NCBI RefSeq assembly: GCF_018977255.1
Contig: NW_024704742.1
Location: 73,472,001-73,536,000, forward strand
Length of the DNA stretch: 64,000 bases
Direction of reading: 5' to 3'
Source: Callorhinchus milii
Taxonomy: Eukaryota
The notes beneath the pieces are model-generated. The model searched no databases. It was not told the DNA's origin and saw only the letters and a list, made by a program, of their open reading frames with translations. Within the stretch, counting starts at the first letter, position 1, and every line of letters starts with the position of its first letter. This document shows, piece by piece, positions 11,971-24,686 of this stretch. Both the position numbers and the translations under genes were made by a program.

Positions 11971-13477
11971 AAAAAGGTAAAGCAATAGAAATGCATTAAA
12001 AATACTAAATAAAACTAGTACAGAAATCACAAAGAGAAAACAATTTTAACCAATGTTTAAAGAGAAGATTGAAGAAGTATTTCTTTACTCAGAGGGCAAT
12101 TAACAACTGGAACAGAGTTACCAGAAAAAAACACAAGAATATGCAGTCTACAAAGAGTTAAGAGAAATAAGAATAAATAAATACAAAGGGCCAAAGGAAT
12201 GACAATGATGGTGAAAGAGAATTGATTCATTTGTTACGAGGAATAAATCAGCTTTATTATGGTTAGTGAAAAGTTTGTACAATACCTACTAGGACTGGAA
12301 TACAATGTTTTATTGACCATCAAAGCATAAGAGATACATGCCTTTCCATCTAATCTGTTTAAACTGGGATCAAGCATAGGTCTCTGCTTTGTTCTCACAG
12401 ATTGTGCCATTCCTGCACCTGCAATGTCATAACATGGTGAATAATAGTGAACAAAATACTGTATACTCAAATAAATTTGTAGCTTCTGCTAACTATCTGA
12501 AAACAGAATGTGTAAAGAGGGAATTGCAGAATACCTTTAATTACATTAACCACCAATGTGAAGGTTTCCTGGTTATTCTCCCAATTCTTTCCATCAGTTG
12601 TTGATTACATAACTAAGTATGTCTAAGAGGAATGGAGGCTTGATTAAACACTGGCCGAATACCCTGTTTCCATGTTGTAACGCTCTGTATAATTCGATAT
12701 AATTCTGTTTCTCTCCTTACACACCGTTTCTACGTTGCTAGCACAAACCATACATTAGATTCCAGTACGACTAAACTATCTTGGAAAACACTGGGCTATT
12801 GGCTGTTAACTGCTAGCTATTTGGTATGCAGCCCACATACAAGCTGATCACTATGTTGTGAGGGTGGTGGGGGGAGTCACTAGTTCTCATCCTTCAGTAT
12901 TTGTGATTGTATATTCTTACATTTGTTTTACTGTTGTACAACACAATGTCGGTAAAATAAAATTACCTGCTTTGGAGTAGACAATAATTGAATGAGTGAA
13001 CTAGGGAAATGTAAAACCCTTGGTAACTGATTGAAATCATGTGAATTATTTTCTAGTTCTAATACCTCTTTAATTCTATATCAACATTATCGTCCCCCTC
13101 CTACAATCACAGACCCTTATACGTATACTATATACTTAAAAGGAATTAAGAACAAGACAATCAAATCGTAGGGAGAGGTTGAAATGTACAGGGATAAAGT
13201 GATTTTACAGTGTGTCTTCAATAAAAATGCTTTTAAGAAAGAAGATGACTGTTACAAATGGAGGTGAGAACATAAGAACATAAGAAATGCTAGACGAAAA
13301 AAAACAAGGTCTATCTAGTTCGCCTTCCACCTTCCTGGTGGTCACATGTAGATATGTCCCAAACTACCTATGTACTATATCCCATAATGTTATTTCCTAA
13401 ATAAAAACAATAATATAACTAACAACTGGGTTCCTACTTACTGCTGGGTAAACAGATGCATTTGGAGTAAGAAAACT

Positions 13478-13790
13478 GTCCTAGCTCAGTCGTTAGAGAA
13501 CTCACCTCGCAAGTGAGAAACCTGGGTTTGATTCCTGTCTGGGCAAAATCTTGGGCAAGTTTCCTTACTCCAAACGCCTGATAATAATACCTCAAGAAAA
13601 AAAACAATAATAAATTGGTCAGTTCAATCCATGACTGTTTGTAGGACACTACTGTGTGCAATTGGCTGCTGTGTTTCGCCCACAAAATATACAGTCAATT
13701 CACTTTACAGTATATTCTGTGAAGCGCTTTGAGAAATCCAGAAGATGTGAAAAGCACTATATCATATGCAAGGATTATTATTATTATTAT
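13478..13790 (+). mobile_element. tRNA-Ala SINE, short form, AGAAGA-tail subfamily, abutting an inverted long-form fragment (13420-13477)
   Basis: Colinear with 4469-4790, (TTA)n tail. Confidence 0.88.
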
Positions 13791-16700
13791 AAGGTTATAA
13801 ATGAATATTTGTTATGTGCAGTAATATCAAGAAACTCCTTAGACTTTAGCTGTTTTGTGTACAATTTGAAGATTAGCACTAAGTAATAACAAATTCCATA
13901 ATATTTCAGCATTTTTTTGCACAACTGTTTTGCCCCTAATACACTGGGTGGGGGTGGGTGTAAATCTAACTGGGTAACGCTGCTCTTTACTAAGTGCTGA
14001 ATGTTCGCTGGGTTTTGATTACTGGTGGAGCTACATTTGCTAAGGGAATGATTTGATAGATTTAGAGGTCAGAATGTGCTGACTGGAGGGATATGCCACA
14101 GAATGCTGAAATAGGTTTCATTCCATTAAGCAGTCTTGAGATAAGGCCATTGATCAGAATCATGGCCCTGAAGGCTGCATCGATAAAAAAATGATTAAAA
14201 TCCAATGAAGTGTGTGTAAAATTATGGGTATGAATTCTTGAGTGCTGTGCCCTTTCAGGAAGATTGAGATATGCCATATGTTGTACGCATACCAATGATT
14301 TTAGAGAACTTGGCAAAAAGCTGAAGAATTTGCTGAATGTAATGCAAAAATATGGACCAGAGGCTTTACCGAAACTCCAGATAGTGAAGGTAAGTGCCCT
14401 TTTCTTTTATCTTTATGCTTCACCAGTTTAACCAGACAGAGAAGGTCTGCTCTTAAAGATCCAGAAGAGTCAAGTAGTTTGAATTTGGGTTTGACTATCC
14501 AGTGAAATGATGACCGATTGCCTGATGACATCTTACCAGACATATCCAGTTTCTATTATAGTCTTACTATTATAATTCAGTTCTTATTTTGTAGTCTGTG
14601 ACCCTTTTAATCATCAGTTTGCTGCTCCTGAATATATTCACTTCAAAGTTTCATTTTTTGCTCTTTTTTGTGTTGATCAACACATTATAACTAGAATGAA
14701 TTAGATTTTGAATCTTGATTTGTATTTTTTCAGCTGTATTATTTAAGAACCTCTTGGTCTGTTCTGTGTGTATGTTTATTTTTGCATATACTGTACGGTA
14801 AACAATTTGGTGATTGATGGACCTCTAGGTCTTTTAATCTTCCCATTTACATATGTGTATATATTATGTTCATATAGTAAGAATTAAGTCAACATTGCAA
14901 ACAGATAATACATTCATCTTAAAGAAATGTTTTGCAGCTGCCTGTGATGGAGAGGGGAATAGAGAGATATCGGAGAAGGGCTTGGGAAAGGGGATTGGAG
15001 GGGTTTGAGAGAGGGGAATAGAGGGGTATGGGAGACAAAATTAGAGAAGTAAGGGAGAGGGGAACAGAGTGATACAATAACAACAAGATTACATTTGCAT
15101 AGTGCCTTTCACGTCAGGAGGATGTCCCAAGGTGCTGATAAAGGGGTAGAGGAGTATGGGAGAGAGAAAAAGTGTGGTCTGAGAGATCAGAATAAAGGGG
15201 TATGAGAGAAAGGATGAGAGAGGTATAGAGAAAGGAATAAAGGGGAATAGGAGAGGGGAATAGGAGGGATGAAGCCACATTGGGAGTACAAGCACTGGTA
15301 GGAACTAGTTGGTTTTAATGGCCTGTTTTTGTGCTATAACCCTCTATGTAAATCTTTGATTAGTTAGGATTTCTTAACAAAGCTGTACTGCATTTCTTGG
15401 ACATTTTAAAAAAGATATTAGCTAGGGAATCAAGTCACTAACCCAGAAAGCTCCCTTTCTCTATCGCTTGTCTCTGGATCAGGCGGAGTGTCTGATGTGA
15501 CAGGAGGTTGAACCTAACCTGTCTGTCACTGTCCTGTGTGCCATCTGGGAAATGCTATCAAGCTACAGACTGGCAGGAACATGCAGTAACATTCTGCTCA
15601 GCCCATCCATTAACAGAAGTACTGTTTCACTGGTAATTCTTTTTGCACAAACACCAAGGACGAAGAGAGTAAAAGACTACTTAAATCAAGAAGTAGTGGT
15701 TAGATGACAACTTGGTTGGATTTTAAGACCTTAGTTATATGGCACATATAGAAAACAATCTTGGCTCCATTATACAGCATAGAAGAAACTTTCAAAAGAG
15801 AAATCATTGGTTTTATAGGCATTAGATTCCTGGCAAAGTCACATCATGGATGCATTTTTATACATTAAATGAGGAGGAGAATGAGTATATCTACCTGAAA
15901 TCCACACCGTCTGACAACATCCGAACAATGAAAGATGTATGAACACTGAAAGATTTAATAGTCTGCATGTTGTTTGAAGAGAAGATTGAGGGAGATTGAA
16001 GGAGGAATAGGTGGAATAGCACATGAAATGAATGCAATCAGTTCTGATTTAAAAACTGTGATCACCAGCCTTGATGAATTCCACATAGCAGTGGTGGCAT
16101 AATAAGCAGTGGCATTCATACAACAACAAAATACAATAACAACAACAAAATTATATGTGTATAGCACATTTCACAGCGGGAGGATGTCCCAAGGCACTGG
16201 ACAATCTGTGTTTCAGACCCGAGCTGAGGTTTGGGATTGGGGAAGGAGGGTGGAACAACAGAGAAAGAAGGATAGAGGTGAGGAAAGGATCCCCTGTCAG
16301 ACTCTAAGAGTGCAAGAAAAGTGTTAAAATAGCCTTTCCAAGCATAGGAGAGTATTCACGTCTGCAAGAAACATAAGTTTTAGGAATAATTAAGAGTTGA
16401 GAAGAACAGTAGTGGTTGACACAAAGGAATCCAAGCATCTTAGAGGCAGCTTTAATAATGGAGATGATGTGGGAGTTCTATTTGAGATCAGAGGAGATGG
16501 TGAGTCGAAGAAAATCAATACAAGAAAGACTAAAAGCGGAGCTGTCAAAGGTAAGAGGTGAGGCTGTTAATTGAATTTGATAGAGACATGAAAAAACTTT
16601 GAGTTGCTGAAAGAAACAGGAGTTTCACAGCTCCCATCAAAGGGAATGGAGTAGATCAAGGTTTAGTGATTCCGTCATTGCAGTTAGAATAGTGTATACG

Positions 16701-16812
16701 GACGTGAAATCTGAAAAAGGCTGTTGAATATAAAGTGGAATTCTTATTGAAAGAGCTGCATAATCAGCGGATGGAGTCAATTCTGTGGAAAATGTACAGA
16801 TTGGTCCTAATG

Positions 16813-18815
16813 AACAACAACGACAAAATTACATTTATAGAGCACCTTTCACGTCGGGAGGACGTCCCAAGGCACTGGACAGTCGGGTCAGGACCCGAGC
16901 ATAGGGGAGGGGTGGGGTAGGGGTGAGGGAAGGCAGAGAGGTGGGAGGGCGACCGAAAGCATGATCGAAGAGGAGGGTCTTGAGACCGGCCTTGAAGGAG
17001 GCAAGGGAGGAAGCGAGGCGAAGGGACTGTGGGATGGAGTTTCAGAGTGTGGGGGCAGAGAGGCTGAAAGCTTGGCCACCGATGATCGGGTGGGTCGGGC
17101 GGGAGACATGGAGCAGGCCGGAGCCTGCTGAACGGAGGGAGCGGGCAGGTTGGTAGGGAGTCAGCAGGTCAGAGAGGTAGGAGGGGGCAAGGCCAGGAAT
17201 GGTCTTACAGGTGAGGACGAGGATCTTGAACTCGATCCTCTGGGGGATGGGGAGCCAGTGGAGTCGGGCGAGGGTGGCAGTGATGGAGTCACGGAGCCTG
17301 GTGCGCGAGAGTACACGAGCTGCAGAGATTTGGATGATCTACAGGTTGTGAAGGGAAGAGTTGGGAAGGCCGATGAGGAGGAAATTTCCATAATCGAGCC
17401 TTGATGTGACGAATGCGTGGGTGAGGGTTTCGGCAGCCTGAGGGGTGAGGCAGTGGCGGAGTCTGGCATTGTTGCGGTGGTGGTGGTAGGCAGTGCCAGT
17501 CATGGATTGGATGTGGGGGAGAAAGGACAGTTCAGGGTCAAACAAGATACATAGGTTCCTGACTGGCTTAGTGAGGTTGAGTGTGCAGCCGTGGGCTGAT
17601 GCTGCCAGCGCCTGAGGTGCGGAGGCACTGGCGCGAGCCAATTAAGAAGGCCTCGGTCTTGCCGATGTTCAGCTGGAGAAAGTTGTCCCTCATCCAGGAC
17701 TTCATGTCGGATAGGCAGTCGGTCAGGACGCCAGTAGTCCTGGAGTTCAGGGTGGAGGCAGAAAGATAGAGTTGGGTGTCACCCGTATACATGTGAAAAT
17801 TTACCCCATGTCTGCGGATGATGTCACCAAGGGAGCGCATGTAGAGGGTGAAAAGGAGGGGACCGAGGACAGAGCCCTGAGGAACGCCTCATGAGACGGT
17901 GTGGGGGCTGGAGGAGAAGCCGTTTGCCGCAGCGAAGTGGAGGCGGTGTGAAAGGTAGGACCTGAACCAGTCAAGGACAGAACCTTGGAGGTTGAGATGG
18001 GAGGAGAGGCGGTGGAGGAGGATTGAATGATCCACGTGTCAAAGGCAGCGGACAGGTCGAGGAGGATGAGAAGGTAGAGGGAGCCCTGCTCACACATGGC
18101 CAGAATGTCATTTATAACCTTGACCAGAGCAGTTTCCGTGCTGTGGGCATCATGGAAACCCGATTGGAGGGGTTCATGGAGGGAGTGGGAGGAGAGGAAA
18201 AAGCGAAGTTGGGAGGCAACGGTTTTCTCAAGGACCTTGGACAGAAAAGGGAGGTTGGAGATGGGCCGGTAGCTGGATAGCTGTGTTGGGTCAAGGGGGG
18301 TAGGAACAGTGCCAGATGACAGAGAGATGTCGGCGAGTAGTGGGGCAAGGAGGTTGAGCTGGGATTTAAGGAGAGAGGTGGGAATGGGATCCAGGGAGCA
18401 GGTGGTGAGCTTCATGGAGGATATGGTGGTAATGATAGAGGAGGGGTTACAGGTTCAAAGGTGTGGGAGGAGGGATGGGTAATGGTCGGAGTGTGGGGGG
18501 TGGTAGGGAGGGATGGAAGTTGGGAGGGCAGTGGCAGCTGAGCGTACTCCCTCGATTGTGAACTCGAGGAAGTCCAGCATTTCCTCACAATGAGAGTCGG
18601 AGGAAAGCATCTGTAAGGCGTGGCTGGGAGGGCGGAGGAGCCGGTGGGCGGTGGAGAACAGGAGCCTGGGGTTGCCCTTCGCCTCCAGGCTTAACCTGGA
18701 ATACAAGGACGATTTGGCTGAGGCGAGAGTGGTGCGATAGGTTTTGATGTGGTCCAGCCAGATGTGCCGGTGGACCGTTAGGCCAGATTTGAGCCAAGTG
18801 CGTTCAGCTTGAGTG
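16813..18815 (-). mobile_element. 5'-truncated L2 LINE (~2 kb, frameshifted ORF2, intact 3' tail)
   Basis: Minus-strand [46 protein letters not shown] (degenerate YADD), [14 protein letters not shown]. Tail GTCCAGTGCCTTGGGACGTCCTCCCGACGTGAAAGGTGCTCTATAAATG(TTG)n. Confidence 0.93.
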
Positions 18816-19064
18816 CTCTGACTTAATGAAGTCAGAGGCTGATGTAAAAAGAAGGATAAACCAATAACTGTAGCATACGTAAAGCCAAATTCTGAGCCAT
18901 AAGCATAACTTGGGTGGAAGACTATAAGAGGGTATGTTTTTCAGAGATTCCCAGCCCCTGAGTTATTATAGGCAAATGACAAATAAATCACCAACCTAAA
19001 GTATCCAAGACACAGTTTTAATACTGGGACCAGCACTTCTCGGATGTCAAGCAACCAACTAGCG

Positions 19065-19667
19065 ACTATCCTCCTGGGGAGAGAGTAAGCATGGTCTCCG
19101 TGGAGCTGAATCGGCTCCAAGGTGACATGTTTGGCAAAGGAATGTCGAAATCGAGCCCGCCCTCTGTGGTGGTCTCTAGTCTAATTCCTGAGGCAGGTGG
19201 GTCCACAGTATTCCAGGGCACTGCTGGTGATAGCATAGCCAGCCTGGCTCGTCAGCAGGACTTGGAAGGGCAGACCAGTCAGTATGGGCAGGGAATCCTC
19301 CCACTCAGCTCCTGTTAACCCTGCAAGCCAAAGCCCTAATGGATAGAGTGGTCTTAACTGGCCAAGCAATAGGAAAGACAGTGCTTTGAATGGCAAGCTA
19401 TCCGGTTTTAGCTGGTCAGACTCCCGCAGGATCGCACACTCTGGGGTCCCCAAGACTTGGCTCTCGCCAACCTGCGCCTAATACCTTCCGGAATTAGGTA
19501 AGCAAGATACATCCTTCTAGGAAGAGAGTGCATATTTCATTCCAACAATCTATCTCTGGAATTTCCATGTGTAGGTGAGATGTATGGAATTCTCAGTTTG
19601 ATTTGGATATTCTTAAACATGGTGATGGGTTTCCGCATATGTCAGACACCCAGCTGACCAAAAAAAA
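19065..19667 (+). repeat. Unclassified ~600-bp structured repeat, most complete copy, with A8 tail
   Basis: Homologous to seven other segments in the window. Ends GTCAGACACCCAGCTGACC-AAAAAAAA. Confidence 0.88.
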
Positions 19668-20270
19668 GGGGGAGGGGCCTTCATTGCACCGCCATCAAGT
19701 AAGGATTATACCCAGGGAAGCTCTATGTTCTTGCTCTATCATCCTTCCTAATTCACTTTCTATTGCAGAATATCTGCAGAATATCTGCATTGATGGGTAT
19801 ATGAGTTGACAGGTTATTGAGATAAAAAATCCATACACAGTTTATCCAGAGCCAGGAGGAAACCGGTTGACCCTGGATGAACAACTGAGCTTCCATTCCT
19901 ACCCCTCTTGTATAGCATGCATTGCCCGATTCACAATGTGAATTAACAAGGATAACCAGGAGCAATACCAAGGGGAGGAGGGGAAGAGGTCTTGTGCTTA
20001 TGGAAACGTTCATAATGCGTATTTTGCAGACAGAGCTAAAATTGCCATTGCATGTGTGCACATCATAAATGCATGCATGGTGATTGCACTAACGCTAGCC
20101 CTAGGTTAAATGAATGGGAAATCAAAGCTTGAAGAAATTAATGTATACCACAGCATTAGATATGAGACTTTCAATCAAATGGAAAAGCACAATCTTTTAA
20201 GATTGTAAGAGGGGAAGGAAATAAAAGATATTCATAAACAACTTCAAAATAACCCCACAAGATAAAATTG

Positions 20271-20476
20271 ATAATAATAATAATCCTTGCATTTGATATA
20301 GCACTTTTCATGTCTTCTAGACGTCTCAACGCTTCACAATATATACTGTAAAGTGAATTGACTGTATATTTGTGGGCGAAATGTGGCAGCCAAATTGCAC
20401 ACAGCAGTGTCCCACAAACAGTCGTGGATTGCTGTGCGCAATTTGGCTGCCGCATTTCACCCACAAATATACAGTC
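20271..20476 (-). mobile_element. 5'-truncated tRNA-Ala SINE with a fold-back inverted duplication
   Basis: SINE 3' half on the minus strand (20271-20430), followed by an inverted copy of its own internal 47 bp (20430-20476). Confidence 0.85.
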
Positions 20477-20759
20477 CTTGACCAGATTATGAATGGTGCA
20501 AATAATTTATACAGAAAATCAATAGACTTGAATTTGAATGATCAACGCTCCCCTAAAGAAACATAAGAGAGCTTCGGATTTGAACGTGAATTTTATAAAT
20601 GCTTGATGATGCCTGAAGCAGAAGTAATGCAACTAGCATAAAAGTTCAAACAGAACTTGTGTTTCTTAAAAGTACTAAACCTCACACCATATAATATCTA
20701 ATTGATATTTTCCAAGGGGCATAATCATTAGTTGGTCAAAAGTCAAAGGACCAAGTAAT

Positions 20760-20848
20760 GACTATCCTCTTATGGGAGCGATGGGGAAGAGGCAAGCGGA
20801 GTATCCTTGGAGCTGAGCTGGCTCCAAGGTGAAATGCCTGGCACAGGA
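20760..20848 (+). repeat. 5' fragment of the unclassified structured repeat
   Basis: ACTATCCTC..CCTTGGAGCTGAGCTGGCTCCAAGGTGA matches 19065-19135. Confidence 0.7.
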
Positions 20849-20854
20849 TCTCAT

Positions 20855-21678
20855 AATCAAATCCACAAAATCACAAACTTGGTTTGGATGAAGACAGCCC
20901 TTTGGCTCATCTAATCTCATTCTCCCAAAATAACCACCCTTCCCTCCCGCCATCACAATATCAAGCTGTTTTTCAAAGGAGTCCAGTGTCTTGGCCTCAA
21001 CTAACCTTCTTGGCAACCTGTTCCAGTCATTAATTACTCTCTGAGGAATCCAGTTACTGGATTCTGTTCAGAAATTGCTCTTTACGACTCTAAATCTTGT
21101 TCTTCTGTCTTGATGCATTCTATAGTATTGATTTGAATTTACTTTTTTAATCCCATTTAAAATGTTATTTGCTTTTATGAGCTGCTTTCTTAGTTGACTT
21201 CTCTCAAGACTGAATTGCTCTGGTCTGTCTAATCAATGCTCACAGTTCATTCCTCTAACACTAGGAATCATCCTTATTGCTCTTCACTGCACCACCTCTT
21301 GGACCCCTTTGGTTATGATGACCAGAACTGTGCGCGATACTCTAGGATCGGTCCCATCAAGGCACTGAGTGTGACACCTAGGGAAATAAATTCAACTGAG
21401 TTAGCAACACAGCCCAACATTCTGTTCATCTTGTTTATTGCCGCTCACACTTTTTAACACAGTGAGCGATGAGTCAATTTACTCTCCTAAATCTCTTTCA
21501 GCTTCACCCTTGGCAAGTTCTATCCCATCTATGGAGTGCTTTTGTTTCCTTTTCTTGCATCTCAGATGTAGCACTTTGCATTTATCTGTATTAAACTTCA
21601 GTTTCCAGTTATCAGCACATGTACATATTCTTCAAGCTCTCTTTGGAGGACCTTTGCTGCCTCCTCTGGTTCCACAGG
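20855..21678 (-). mobile_element. CR1 LINE 3' fragment
   Basis: Minus-strand LPRRLVEAKTLDSFEKQLD and LEYxAQFWS (GACCAGAACTGTGCGCGATACTCTAG on +), with the CR1 3' hairpin region. Confidence 0.78.
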
Positions 21679-21680
21679 GT

Positions 21681-21888
21681 CACCAAGCCTTGGCTCTTGC
21701 CAACCTAGGTCTAGTACTCTCTGAAATTAGATAAGCAGGGGGCTCCCTCCAGGGACAGAGAGCATTCCATTCCAGACAAATGGAAATTTTTATGGATAGG
21801 TGGCCTACACATATGGAACGCTCACTCTGGTTTGGATATTTAAAACGGCAATTTCCACGTGTGTCAGACACCCGGCTGGCCACAAAAA
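21681..21888 (+). repeat. 3' fragment (5'-truncated) of the unclassified structured repeat
   Basis: CCAAGCCTTGGCTCTTGCCAACC...GTGTCAGACACCCGGCTGGCCACAAAAAA. Confidence 0.8.
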
Positions 21889-23895
21889 ATCCAGCTAAGA
21901 TGCAGAGCTGCATTAATGGGCTGCAAAGGAAGAAGGAAATGGAATGGAGGATTCACTTACACAAGATACAAAGTGGAGTGACTGTAAATCATTTCAGGGA
22001 TAATACTCGAAAAGGAAAGGTTGGCAGATGGCTTGTATGTGACTCTTCATCAGAACTTAATTCTTTTTCTGTCAGATTGAGACTGACTCACTGTGCAATT
22101 GCAGCTCTTTATGGTTTTATTTTAGATTTCCAGGAAGTCACAATTATTGTCTATATCTAAACAGTGACACGAATTGCTCAGTTCCATGATGACATTAAAG
22201 TAACGTTCAAAGTAATATTTATCTGAACCTCTATCTCAATCTTTGAAGAAAGCCAGTATAAAGTAGATATTGTAGAATGGACAAGAGGTGCACCTCAATT
22301 TTGAAAAGCGTCTCCAGCCATTGGGAACCGCAAATTGCTTGGTTGTGCTAAGAGTCCTCTGTAGAACTGGCACATTTGCTCAGTATTATCATGACGTCTT
22401 TGAGTGGCTCAATGTATCATAGATTTCATCAATGCCACTGATGGAACAGTTGGAGAGAAGCACTTTGACTCGCAACGTAAAACATATACCTTACAATACA
22501 ATGTGCGAGAACAATGTGCCCTGCCACATTTCAGCTTGAACCACTTCATTAGGAACAGCTGGGTACTTGTACCATACTGAGAAACAAGTCATCCATAAAT
22601 ACAACAGGATTTACTGCATAGATATCAATGTAACAACTGTAGAAGATGTGTCAGAAGAGTTTTGCTGGCAGGATTCTTGCTCACAACAAACAAGTTTGAT
22701 TTTCATTGTTGTAAGATGCTTGATTAGAAAAGGAACAAGTTCTTTGGAACTCATCATGAGTTCTGTTGTCGGAGATATAATAATAATCCTTACTTTTGGT
22801 AGAATGCCTTTCACATCAGGAGGACGTCCCAAAGCACTTCACAGGATAATCTGTAAAGTGGAGTACTGTGTATTTTGTGGGCAAACACATCAGCCAATTT
22901 TCACACAGCAATGCCCCACAAACAGCCATGAAGTGCATGGTCAATTTATTTGGGGGATTGGTGCCCACTCCCTCCTCATTTCAAATAATGCCTTGGGATC
23001 TTTAACATCCACCTGAACAGGCAAAGAGCTTGTAGTGTTAATGCTGAAAAAAAAGTTAAAATTGCAACCTGAATCTGTATCAAAGCACTAACATTTTCTC
23101 CAACATTTGCAAATGGGCAATTTTTAACAATATTGATGCCATTGCAATGCATTGTGGTTCCAGCATACAACACCCTTTCCTGAATAGAGTGAGCAAGAGC
23201 CAAGTGATTCAATTGACTGCCTGGCTTTCTGACTGGCTTTCTGCAAGGCTGTTCAGTGGTTATAATAATAATAATCCTTTATCATGTCATTGAGGCGTCT
23301 CAAAGTGCTTCACAGGATATATATTGTAGAGTGGATTATCTGTGTATTTTGTGGGAAAAATGCCACAGCCAATTGTGCACAGCAATTGCTTCAGAAGGAA
23401 GTGTTGAGAGCAATGTTTGTTGCAGGATATCTAATGGAGGAGGGAGAGGAGGAGCATAAAAAGGAGCAGCAGGCAAAATGGCATTGTTTGCATGAAAAGG
23501 TTGTTCCAGTGAATAATTAACCCCTAGATAAAGAAGTACTTCCTAGTATCCATCCTAAAATTGCTCTGTGCAACTCAAAACCAATATCCTCTTGACAATA
23601 CTGCATCCTATAGTATTGCTCTGGGTTTATTTTTCCATCCCATAAATGTTTTACATCTCTATAAGGCCTCACTTATGCCAACACTTATAGGCTGAGATGG
23701 ATGTTTTTGAGACTGAAGATCAGCTTGTCTAATCATTGCTCAAAGCTCATTCCTCTAAAACTGGGGATCATCCTTGTTGTTCTCCTCTGCATCACCTTTA
23801 GGGCTTGGGCCCCTTAAATTATGTTGACCAGAATTGTCTGCAGTATTCAAGGTGTGGTTTGACTGGAGCACTTTACAACTGTACACTGTACACAG

Positions 23896-24218
23896 TGGAG
23901 TCCTGTAGCTCAGTGGTTAGAGCACTCGCTTTGCAAGCGAGAGACCTGAGTTCAATTCCAGGCAGGTCAGGGCGAAACCTTGGGCAAGTTTCCTTACTCC
24001 ACAAGCCTAATAATAATCCCTCCAAAACCAAAAACAATAATAAATTGGCCATTTTCAATCTACGACTGTTTGTGGGACATTGCTGTGTGCAATTGGCTGC
24101 CGCGTTCGCCCACAAATATACAGTCAATTCACTTTACAGTGTGTTCTGTGAAGCGCTTTGGGACGTCCTCCCGATGTGAAAACCGCTATATCAAATGCAA
24201 GGATTATTATTATTATTA
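23896..24218 (+). mobile_element. tRNA-Ala SINE, short form, young CCTCCCGA-tail subfamily
   Basis: Intact A/B boxes and tail GGGACGTCCTCCCGATGTGAAA..(TTA)n. Sits at the edge of a minus-strand CR1 fragment (~23530-23880). Confidence 0.93.
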
Positions 24219-24510
24219 CAACCCTGTTTGCATTTTTTATACTTTATACTTTAAGCAATAAAGTACATACTATGCAACAAATGAAGTCCTGTTGCTTACA
24301 AGCTAAAGCTTGCCTGTCTATATATATTTCCCACAACAAAGCTATCCCATAAAGCATGGCAGTGAGATGTCTTGATTTCATCATGTCTTTATATGTATGA
24401 GTATGGGGTAATAATGCAATGCATATTGCCCGTCAAGCTCTCTCAAGCAATATCCTCTCAATATACAAATGGAAAGGAAATCATGTTTAAAAATATGTGG
24501 GTAGAAATCC

Positions 24511-24686
24511 CACCTGGATCCAGATTTACTTAATTCATGTTGCATTTCAGAGTTCACAATTTCACAAATTGTTGAATTTAGTCTTAACTTTCAAGCTGTT
24601 TTTCTGTAGTTCTTAAAGTAATTCATTTAAGAATTAGTCAAAAGCTCTGACATATTAATAAATGCAAGTAAATCTAGACCCAGTTG
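24511..24686. repeat. Degenerate palindrome, MITE-like
   Basis: Left arm CACCTGGATCCAGATTTACTT..TCAGAGTT matches the right arm reverse complement CAACTGGGTCTAGATTTACTT..TCAGAGCT. Confidence 0.65.

Noticed and set aside
14950..15270. Purine-rich AGAGGGGAATAG-like tract
   Set aside because: Low-complexity degenerate repeat interrupted by an L2 tail (15075-15138). Nothing specific is supportable.
23896..23975. tRNA-Ala(TGC)-like cloverleaf (also at 4469, 8600, 28110, 35890, 50764)
   Set aside because: It has an anticodon arm CTCGC-TTTGCAA-GCGAG and A/B boxes, but no paired acceptor stem, and it continues into a SINE body and tail. These are SINE heads, not tRNA genes.
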